Shown here piece by piece: positions 57,432 to 64,000 of a stretch of DNA of 64,000 nucleotides. Numbering within the stretch: position 1 is the stretch's first letter; each line of letters opens with the position of its first letter. This DNA is from a virus. The stretch is taken from the IMG/VR virus record IMGVR_UViG_3300037963_003542. One strand, given 5' to 3'. Below the pieces are notes generated by a model. The model was not told the origin of the DNA. It made no database searches and saw only the letters and a program-made list of their open reading frames with translations. Position numbers and translations under genes: made by a program.

Positions 57432-58048
57432 CAAATCCTGATGAACTAGCAAGAAAATATAATACTAAGAAACCATCAACGTTTAAGATCCTAATCGGAA
57501 CTGTTGGCGCACTGTTTGCTGTATCACATATCGGTTTAGTCGGATATGTAATTAGGCAACCAGAAGAACCACCAGTTCCTCAGGTTCCGACAATCAATGT
57601 TCCCCGTGGTCCTTACTCTTCTTATAAAATTGAAGCAGGTAAGGATGGTTACACAATTGAATATAAAGCAAATGATCCTAAAGTATTAGAGTCTGAAAGA
57701 TCTCTTGATCTAGACAAAGAAAAGAGAGGAATGTTTGGCGGAGGAACTGAGCAGCGAACTGAGTATCGCCGTGATCAATATACTATGGAAGGTGTGAGGA
57801 ACATGGGAGGTGATGTGGGAGAGCTGGGAAAGACAGGAGGTGCCAGCGCAGAGTGTATCGCAGCGGACGCTGGAGCACGGTCACAGGGTGCAATGGCAGG
57901 TAGTTCTATTGCTGCTGGTGTTGCCGTTCCTGTTCTTGCTAACATCCCTTATATTGGATGGTTGGCAGGAGGTTGGGCATTACTCTTGGGTCAGAAATTA
58001 GGATCTGAAGCAGGTTCAACAGTAGGTTCAGTATTTAATGATTGCTAA
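57428..58048 (+). CDS. Membrane protein with C-terminal glycine-zipper
   Basis: N-terminal TM, GAMAGSSIAAG...GWLAGGWALLLGQKLGSEAGS. Confidence 0.7.
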   Translation: MTNPDELARKYNTKKPSTFKILIGTVGALFAVSHIGLVGYVIRQPEEPPVPQVPTINVPRGPYSSYKIEAGKDGYTIEYKANDPKVLESERSLDLDKEKRGMFGGGTEQRTEYRRDQYTMEGVRNMGGDVGELGKTGGASAECIAADAGARSQGAMAGSSIAAGVAVPVLANIPYIGWLAGGWALLLGQKLGSEAGSTVGSVFNDC

Positions 58049-58815
58049 TGGATATTCCTGAAATTACTGGCGTCAATGTTGAAATTAAAGATATTAAGAT
58101 TGACGCCATTACTACATATCGTTATACACCACCATCAGTTCCTACTGCTCCACCAGTAACGGTGGACATTGGCGTGCCTGTTGTTAATATTCCTGGATGT
58201 GTAGAAGCACACGAACAAAATACTAGTAGAGAAAGAAGTGGTATTCTTTCAGAGGATGATCCTAAAGGAGTAAAAACTTATTGTGATGCTGGCGTACCAT
58301 CATTCAATCCTATAGATTATAATAAAGATAAGTTAGAATTTGATTATGAGCAACCAGTTCCTGTAGTGAGACCTCCTGAGCAACCAGAGGTAGAGTCACC
58401 TAAAACAGAAACACCAAAAATTCCTAGTTGCCCTACGAGAGAACAGCAACTAAAAAACCCTGTAGGAAAAATCCTAGAGGGCAATAAAAAGATTACTGGT
58501 TACGAACAGGTCGGTAAAGAATGTTTGATGGTTACAGATAACTTGAGCATTCCTGATCAAATTGTACAGAATATTCCTAATCCTGGAGTAGTAACTACTA
58601 CTGCTAGTATTGCTGTGGTCGCTACAACATCAGCACTGTTAGCAAAACCGCTGGCAGATCTACTTTTAAAAGTAGTCAAACCAACGGTTAAGAAAGTTAT
58701 TAAAAAGATTGCTGCTATTCGTGGGAAGAATGTAAAGGTTGAGTCCTTAAGGGAGCGCCAAGGTCAGCAGCGGATTCGGAATAAGGCGATTCGCGTGTTG
58801 AAGGGCCGGGAATAG
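58048..58815 (+). CDS. Pro-rich hypothetical membrane protein
   Basis: PGCVEAH...CDAGVPSFNP, TTASIAVVATTSALLAKPL hydrophobic segment, basic tail. Confidence 0.7.
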   Translation: MDIPEITGVNVEIKDIKIDAITTYRYTPPSVPTAPPVTVDIGVPVVNIPGCVEAHEQNTSRERSGILSEDDPKGVKTYCDAGVPSFNPIDYNKDKLEFDYEQPVPVVRPPEQPEVESPKTETPKIPSCPTREQQLKNPVGKILEGNKKITGYEQVGKECLMVTDNLSIPDQIVQNIPNPGVVTTTASIAVVATTSALLAKPLADLLLKVVKPTVKKVIKKIAAIRGKNVKVESLRERQGQQRIRNKAIRVLKGRE

Positions 58816-59626
58816 CATGGACGTGAGGGTGTGTATGTCCAGGAGGATTGTTCACTAACACGTCAGCACACACAGAATAATAAGGACTTTTGGGATGAAA
58901 TTGAATTCCCTTTTTCATTAATTCTCCGCAATTTTTGAGACGAGCGATCTCAAAATCAAGCCTTTTATTGGCAGTATTTTGTCTCATAAAATCAATGTTT
59001 GCTTGTGCAGCTGCCTTACATTGTTCTTGTAGTTTCTTATCTAATGGTCTAGACCATGTGGCAGAGAAACCTACACCAATGCTAAAGTTATCCTTCTGTC
59101 CAGTTCTTGTAGGAACTTGATATAAAATAGAGCCAGGATTATCGGGAGCCCCATCGGCAATATCATTACCATCATCATCTAATGCACCTGTAAGATCTCT
59201 CATATCGTAGACAGGAGAGTCATAGTATGCTTCATATGGTCTTGTTACTGATGCTGTTCCAGTAACATATGGCGTAAAGTTTAAGGTTGGACCTTGACAC
59301 TGGATTCCATTCCCATAAGTATTCGTAATGTAAGGTCCTTGTAAAACCTGGATTGCCTGGTTTGTGACGCTACCAGAACTATTAGCAATAGGAGAAGCGG
59401 TAGCACTGACCCCACCAACAGTTTCTGCCAGAGATTGAGATGGGAGTAAGGCACTTAAAATTACTGCTGGAAGATACTTGTAGTATCGGTTACGCTTGTA
59501 ACCTCTGTTGTTCTTTGAATGATCGTATGATTTTGTAAACCAGGAGAAGATAGAGTTTCTGTGAACTGAAACGCTGCTCCTGGTGTTGTCTGTGTGAAAG
59601 TCGGTTTTGAATTCACTCCCGTCCAT
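58715..59626 (-). CDS. Putative exported protein (beta-strands plus coiled coil); start uncertain
   Basis: Signal-like KRNRYYKYLPAVILSALLPSQSLA, then CQGPTL, IGVGFSATWSRPLD, DFEIARLKNCG. Confidence 0.65.
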   Translation of the reverse strand: MDGSEFKTDFHTDNTRSSVSVHRNSIFSWFTKSYDHSKNNRGYKRNRYYKYLPAVILSALLPSQSLAETVGGVSATASPIANSSGSVTNQAIQVLQGPYITNTYGNGIQCQGPTLNFTPYVTGTASVTRPYEAYYDSPVYDMRDLTGALDDDGNDIADGAPDNPGSILYQVPTRTGQKDNFSIGVGFSATWSRPLDKKLQEQCKAAAQANIDFMRQNTANKRLDFEIARLKNCGELMKKGIQFHPKSPYYSVCADVLVNNPPGHTHPHVHAIPGPSTRESPYSESAADLGAPLRTQPLHSSHE

Positions 59627-59898
59627 TTTGATGTCACTCCATTAATAGTTACGTTAACTTCAGATGTTGAAGGTGATAAATTTCCACTAGCGGTTACGCC
59701 AGAACCCGTTGCCGAGTACTGATAACCAGTGGAATAGTCCATGCTGTTTATTGTTTCTGTGATCTTTTGAGTTGTCTCTGTGTGGCTCGTCATTGAGCCC
59801 TGTGTGAAGTTTGGGACAACGGGGACCGCCATGGCAGCTGCAGGTATGACACTTGCAACCGCCACACTTAGGACAGACCAACGAATCATAGTATTCAT
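59461..59898 (-). CDS. Putative exported Thr/Ser-rich protein
   Basis: GGAGG RBS, signal peptide ending AAAMA, VPVVPNFTQGSMTSHTET. Confidence 0.75.
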   Translation of the reverse strand: MNTMIRWSVLSVAVASVIPAAAMAVPVVPNFTQGSMTSHTETTQKITETINSMDYSTGYQYSATGSGVTASGNLSPSTSEVNVTINGVTSKWTGVNSKPTFTQTTPGAAFQFTETLSSPGLQNHTIIQRTTEVTSVTDTTSIFQQ

Positions 59899-59909
59899 TG
59901 AGCTCCTCC

Positions 59910-60416
59910 TCAGTCAATTACAGTAATCTCACTAACAAATTGTCCTGTCGCTGTAGTACCAGCTCCACCAGCCGTGATGCTGATAGCACCAGTAGTGCCA
60001 ATAGTACCTGCCAAATCTCCTGCAGTTCCAGCTGTGTAAGAAGTAATTGAAGAGAAGTTAGGAACAGCACCTACAGTTGGTGCTGATTGAGGAACAGCAT
60101 CAGCCTGTGTGTAAGACTGACTGAAACTAAATGCATTACCAGGAGTATCCTGAGTTGCTGCAATAGTACCAGGACTGTATACACCAGAGGTGATAGTACC
60201 AGCAGAAATAGTATTTGCTGTCGTACCGTCCGTGGTATCCACTCCACTACCTGAGATACTGAACGACGAACCAATTCTAGATGCAGTAGATCTTGCAGCA
60301 TCAACAGTCAGCTGAACACTGGATGCGTGCTTAGTAACAAGTCCGCCAGCATTTGCTGCACCTGCGGTCATCAGTAACATTCCAAAAGCAATTGCTGCTT
60401 TATTCATTTTGGTCAT
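59910..60416 (-). CDS. Putative exported Thr/Ser/Gly-rich protein
   Basis: Signal peptide ending AANA. Late promoter TATAAATA at 60432-60439 (minus). Confidence 0.75.
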   Translation of the reverse strand: MTKMNKAAIAFGMLLMTAGAANAGGLVTKHASSVQLTVDAARSTASRIGSSFSISGSGVDTTDGTTANTISAGTITSGVYSPGTIAATQDTPGNAFSFSQSYTQADAVPQSAPTVGAVPNFSSITSYTAGTAGDLAGTIGTTGAISITAGGAGTTATGQFVSEITVID

Positions 60417-60431
60417 GGTGATGTTCAGCTG

Positions 60432-60457
60432 TATTTATACAAAAGGGACTAGTTCCC
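60432..60457 (-). promoter_or_regulatory. Terminator then late promoter TATAAATA (minus strand)
   Basis: GGGA-ACTAG-TCCC-TTTT followed by GTATAAATAC. Confidence 0.7.
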
Positions 60458-60468
60458 AATGATACAAA

Positions 60469-60648
60469 TTACAACAAAATTAAACCAATCAATACTCCTT
60501 TGCCAAAGGTAAGCCACAGAAGTTTATAGTCTGTGAGATTAAGTTTTTTTCTGTACCAGCGGATTAGTTTCTTGTGCTGCATTGCAGCATCATCTAATTT
60601 TTGTTCAACGTGCCAAGCTAGTGATCTTTTCTTTCTTTTAAATGCCAT
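60469..60648 (-). CDS. Small basic protein with C-terminal TM (not in ORF track)
   Basis: 59-aa ORF MAFKRKKRSLAWHVEQ...LLWLTFGKGVLIGLILL. Confidence 0.6.
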   Translation of the reverse strand: MAFKRKKRSLAWHVEQKLDDAAMQHKKLIRWYRKKLNLTDYKLLWLTFGKGVLIGLILL

Positions 60649-60695
60649 GTTATGATTGTACGCAAATTACTGTTCTTTGACTGACCATACGGCAT

Positions 60696-60935
60696 TCAAA
60701 AGAATTCGCCGTCGTCACTGATTTGATAGTCGCGACTGTGATCGTGAACAGCATTACTGTCTGTGCTACGATCAGGTACGGAACTATTTTCGCCACCCTC
60801 TTCGAGTTCTTCATATGCCAATGTAAGTATTGTATATATGTAATAAGAAACGCCCGCTAGAAGAATGATGAGACACCAGATAATACTCCAGGTCACATCA
60901 TTTACATCTTCTAGTGGGCGCAAAAATAAATTCAT
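60696..60935 (-). CDS. Small single-TM protein
   Basis: NDVTWSIIWCLIILLAGVSYYIYTIL. Confidence 0.7.
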   Translation of the reverse strand: MNLFLRPLEDVNDVTWSIIWCLIILLAGVSYYIYTILTLAYEELEEGGENSSVPDRSTDSNAVHDHSRDYQISDDGEFF

Positions 60936-61177
60936 GGGTTTCTCGGATCAATTCCCAACTGTTTTAGATATTCAATCCACCAGTCGGCGTCCTTTATATA
61001 TCTCCAATTAGGAACCTCCTCACCACGTTCTACAACATAGTATTGATAGAGGGCATCATCTATAGTCTGTGCGATCTCCATACTCTTCTTCCGCTGCATC
61101 AACATCTTCATATGGATTTTCCACGAAGGGTCCTCGTTTTCGTAAAGGTTCTCGTCTGACATAATCCTGCTCGGCAT
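60932..61177 (-). CDS. Small hypothetical protein (true start probably MEIAQ)
   Basis: IDDALYQYY...PNWRY...WWIEYL. Upstream part overlaps the neighbouring ORF. Confidence 0.6.
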   Translation of the reverse strand: MPSRIMSDENLYENEDPSWKIHMKMLMQRKKSMEIAQTIDDALYQYYVVERGEEVPNWRYIKDADWWIEYLKQLGIDPRNP

Positions 61178-61268
61178 TAACTACTTCTATCCATACGGCA
61201 AGTTTCATTACTATGTAGATGATTGCCAGTGGTAAGAAACATGCAATTAAAGTGATTTGATATTTCAT
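61056..61268 (-). CDS. Small single-TM protein
   Basis: LIACFLPLAIIYIVMKLAVW...EEEYGDRTDY. Confidence 0.7.
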   Translation of the reverse strand: MKYQITLIACFLPLAIIYIVMKLAVWIEVVNAEQDYVRREPLRKRGPFVENPYEDVDAAEEEYGDRTDYR

Positions 61269-61459
61269 ACGAAAATCCTCGGTTCTCCGTCCTCGTCGTC
61301 ATGATAATCTGTCTGCATTCTACAATCCCACCAGTCATCACCTTCTTCATAGTCTGGTTCATATAGTGGGCAAGGTTCTTCAAACAGGTGAGACATTCTC
61401 AACTGTTTAACTCTCTCATTTAATGATTTATAAAAATCTCTTTTTTCTTCGGGGCTCAT
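61265..61459 (-). CDS. Small acidic hypothetical protein
   Basis: Start MSPEEKRDFY overlapping the upstream TGA; HLFEEPCPLYE motif. Confidence 0.6.
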   Translation of the reverse strand: MSPEEKRDFYKSLNERVKQLRMSHLFEEPCPLYEPDYEEGDDWWDCRMQTDYHDDEDGEPRIFV

Positions 61460-61614
61460 TTGTGTTCTTTTGTGAATGGTTCCCAGTGTTCCCAACCATA
61501 TTTGTGGACTAAGTGCATACCAATAATGGGCACAAAAACTAAGAAAAACCCCATGACACCTAGACACCATGAGGTTTGCATAACAGATCTTACAAAGAGT
61601 TGGACGTGAGTCAC
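61456..61614 (-). CDS. Small single-TM protein (not in ORF track)
   Basis: GTG start overlapping the talC stop; ...LGVMGFFLVFVPIIGMHLVHKYGWEHWEPF. Confidence 0.6.
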   Translation of the reverse strand: MTHVQLFVRSVMQTSWCLGVMGFFLVFVPIIGMHLVHKYGWEHWEPFTKEHK

Positions 61615-62258
61615 GTTGATTCCCAGTCCTTCTGGAATTGATCCAGACCAGCGTCTGTCAGAACATGATCATACATTTTCCAGAATACTTTAGGTGGCAT
61701 AGTCACAACACTTGCACCATAAGAATAACAACGGGAGACATGGTGGACATCTCGCAATGATGCTGCAAGAATTTCAGTGGACATTCCTTGTACAGCATAT
61801 GCGTTAGCGATTGCACGGACCAATTCAACTCCACTGAATGAGTTATCATTGCAACGTCCTACAAAGGGTGAGCAGTATGTTGCACCTGCTTTTGCTGCCA
61901 TCAGTGCTTGTGCTACAGAGAACACAAGAGTCACATTAGTTTTGACACCCATAACAGAGAGTGCCTTACATGCAATCAATCCTTCTACAGTACAAGGTAC
62001 TTTGATAGTAACTGCTTTACTTCCTAATTGAATGAACTGTTGAGCCTGTTCAATCATTTCTTCAGCAGTCTCGGCAACCACCTCACATGACACACTTTCA
62101 AACTCTGGATATGTAGTAGTCAGTTCTCTAGCAACATCAGGAAGAGTTCTTCCACTACGCTTAATCAGTGTAGGATTGGTTGTTACACCATCAATCAATC
62201 CAGTGCGTCGTGCTTTTTTAATTTCATCAAGATCAGCGGTGTCTAAAAAGATTTTCAT
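61611..62258 (-). CDS. talC: Transaldolase TalC
   Basis: IFLDTAD, GVTTNPTLI, TIKVPCT, NVTLVFS, SPFVGR, LAASLR, TDAGLDQF. Confidence 0.97.
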   Translation of the reverse strand: MKIFLDTADLDEIKKARRTGLIDGVTTNPTLIKRSGRTLPDVARELTTTYPEFESVSCEVVAETAEEMIEQAQQFIQLGSKAVTIKVPCTVEGLIACKALSVMGVKTNVTLVFSVAQALMAAKAGATYCSPFVGRCNDNSFSGVELVRAIANAYAVQGMSTEILAASLRDVHHVSRCYSYGASVVTMPPKVFWKMYDHVLTDAGLDQFQKDWEST

Positions 62259-62286
62259 GAGTTAAAATACCTGTGTATTATTTAGT

Positions 62287-63630
62287 TTATGCTGGGTAGT
62301 CCCAGTTTGTGATAAAAGCAGTTTTGTGTGTTGGACCCCATCCACCTGTGTAGAGGTAGGGTGCCGTGCGAACGGGACAAGCTTCACCTACACAAAGAAG
62401 ATCATCTACGATTCTCCATGATTCTAATACTTCTTCCGAATGCACAAAGTGTGATTGATCACCATTTATAGCTTCATATAAAAGTTTTTCATATCCATCA
62501 ATTGCTCTTTCCTCAGGATACTTATGAGTAAGAGTTGCAGTTTCAACTTGATCACCATGTCCAGGTGCTTTCATATCAATGCGAATATCAAAGTGTGGAG
62601 ATGGTTGCAAGCGCATGACAATACGATCATTGTATTCATGACCCTCGAACAATTGTTGAGGAGGTGCTTTGAGTTTAACGACAACTTCTACACACTGGTA
62701 AGGCATCTTCTTGCCCGTCATGACATGAAAAGGAACTCCCTCCCAACGCCAGTTATCGACGAATAAAGTACCAGCGAAATAGGTAGGAGTGTGACTCCTA
62801 GAATCAACGCCCTCTTCATTACGGTAGCCATCGTACTGTCCTAAAATAACGTTCTCGCTCATTCTAGTGGCGGCGAGTACCTTTGTCTTCTCACGTCTGA
62901 GTTCCCTGGCATTCATACGAGATGGTGCTTCCATCGCAATGAGTGCAAGAACTTGTAAGATATGGTTTTGTAGCATATCGCGTACAGCACCAGCAGTCTC
63001 GTAGTATTGAGAGCGACCTTCACATCCAATAGTTTCAGTTGCAAAAATTTGAACTTCTTCTATGTACTGCCTATTCCAAAGTGGTTCCAATAGAATATTG
63101 CTAAAGCGGGTGGCAAGGATGTTATTAACAGTATCTTTGCCGAGATAATGATCAATGCGATAGACTTGTTTTTCGCGTAGATGTCGCTCCACCACTGACT
63201 GTAAATGATCAGCAGATTTATAATCGTGCCCAAAGGGTTTTTCGATAACCACTCTGGAGTGATCTGGGTCATCCAAGAACCCAGCCTCTTTAAGATTGAT
63301 GATTGCATTTGCATACCTCTCTGGTGGAACAGATAAGAAATAAGTTGTGTCTGCGCTATCATCATGAAGTTTCATCAGACTCTCTTGGCAATCAAGATCG
63401 CAGGAGATGAAATCCATCCAAGTAGTAAACTCTTCAGGATAATCTCCAAGTTTCTCTAACCAAACATCTTTAGGAAGATCTCTACGAGATGCTCCAACAA
63501 TTAAAATATTTTTTGGAAGAAGTTCCTTTTTCCATAACTCATAGAGTGCTGGAATAAGTTTCTTTTTACATAGATCTCCAGCAGCACCGAAGATTACAAT
63601 GCGTCTAGTGAGCGGTTCCGTTTCCATCAT
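62287..63630 (-). CDS. zwf: Glucose-6-phosphate dehydrogenase
   Basis: IFGAAGDL, IEKPFG, RIDHYLGK, RDMLQNH, RWEGVPF, TGK. Likely start MMETEP at 63630. Confidence 0.97.
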   Translation of the reverse strand: MMETEPLTRRIVIFGAAGDLCKKKLIPALYELWKKELLPKNILIVGASRRDLPKDVWLEKLGDYPEEFTTWMDFISCDLDCQESLMKLHDDSADTTYFLSVPPERYANAIINLKEAGFLDDPDHSRVVIEKPFGHDYKSADHLQSVVERHLREKQVYRIDHYLGKDTVNNILATRFSNILLEPLWNRQYIEEVQIFATETIGCEGRSQYYETAGAVRDMLQNHILQVLALIAMEAPSRMNARELRREKTKVLAATRMSENVILGQYDGYRNEEGVDSRSHTPTYFAGTLFVDNWRWEGVPFHVMTGKKMPYQCVEVVVKLKAPPQQLFEGHEYNDRIVMRLQPSPHFDIRIDMKAPGHGDQVETATLTHKYPEERAIDGYEKLLYEAINGDQSHFVHSEEVLESWRIVDDLLCVGEACPVRTAPYLYTGGWGPTHKTAFITNWDYPA

Positions 63631-63733
63631 ACTTGTCTGTTTCGTAGTAGTTATTTTCACCTTTTCGTACCCCGAAATATATCGTGGCCAGTACAAACGG
63701 TATTGCAATCCATTTGAGGACATCAGCGAACAT
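63605..63733 (-). CDS. Small single-TM protein between gnd and zwf (not in ORF track)
   Basis: 42-aa ORF MFADVLKWIAIPFVLATIYFGVRKGENNYYETDKYDGNGTAH, overlapping both neighbours. Confidence 0.65.
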   Translation of the reverse strand: MFADVLKWIAIPFVLATIYFGVRKGENNYYETDKYDGNGTAH

Positions 63734-64000
63734 TGTGCCCCCCGAACATGTACCGCATACCATTCAATACCTTGAAAGCGAAAGCCCCCAAGCGACGTGA
63801 TTCAAAACGCTCAAACAACGCCGTAGAAATAACAGGAGTGGGTACACCCAAATCGACAGCGGCATGAACAGTCCAGCGACCCTCACCGCTATCGGAAACC
63901 CCTCCATCGAACTTATTAAGCTCAGTATTGCCCCGTAATACATCCGCAGTAAGATCCAATAACCAACTGCCGACCACGCTACCACGACGCCACAACTCAG
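63723..64000 (-). CDS. gnd: 6-phosphogluconate dehydrogenase, 3' end (partial)
   Basis: WRRGSVVGSWLLDL...VSDSGEGRW...MRYMFGGH. Runs off the right edge. Confidence 0.95.
   Translation of the reverse strand, partial: ELWRRGSVVGSWLLDLTADVLRGNTELNKFDGGVSDSGEGRWTVHAAVDLGVPTPVISTALFERFESRRLGAFAFKVLNGMRYMFGGHNVR

Noticed and set aside
59687-59917. Cys-rich 76-aa minus-strand ORF resembling a metallothionein
   Set aside because: It is an out-of-frame shadow of the Ala/Val-rich signal peptide of 59461..59898. Its TTG start has no RBS, and the GGAGG serves the real gene.
63631-63723. 31-aa N-terminal extension of zwf in the ORF track
   Set aside because: The region is better explained by the overlapping 42-aa TM ORF. 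G6PDH homology starts near MMETEP.
1-64000. tRNA genes, CRISPR arrays, integrase/transposase
   Set aside because: No cloverleaf-compatible intergenic segment, no regularly spaced repeat-spacer array and no recombinase motifs were seen by eye. tRNAscan-SE would be needed to exclude tRNAs formally.

Overview
This window is a 64 kb piece of a lytic T4-like marine cyanophage genome (Kyanoviridae-type myovirus). The host is most likely Synechococcus, given the gnd-zwf-talC and petF auxiliary genes. Gene order is: a giant tail/baseplate-type structural protein; an AT-rich island of 2OG-Fe(II) oxygenase-like genes and a flavin-dependent halogenase; the head-tail morphogenesis block (gp13-gp23, gp3); recombination and replication genes (uvsY, uvsW, gp55, gp47/46, gp45/44/62, dam, regA, gp43, uvsX, gp41, mazG, gp61, nrdAB); a late-expressed block of uncharacterised enzymes and putative head proteins; a convergent cluster of membrane/secreted proteins; and the pentose-phosphate genes. 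Many T4 late promoters (TATAAATA or nTAAATA), several sigma70 promoters and intrinsic terminators are readable. No tRNA, CRISPR array, intron, intein or integrase was seen. The strongest leads are (i) a candidate R-loop replication origin or sRNA locus before gp55, with back-to-back promoters and twin C-GCA-G hairpins; (ii) a late operon of a PD-(D/E)xK-like nuclease, a ligase-fold protein and a HIGH-type nucleotidyltransferase; (iii) an abiF-like small RNA unit next to a late Pol-beta nucleotidyltransferase; (iv) five Sm-like paralogs; and (v) the oxygenase/halogenase island. All family names come from motif recognition and recall, not from database searches.
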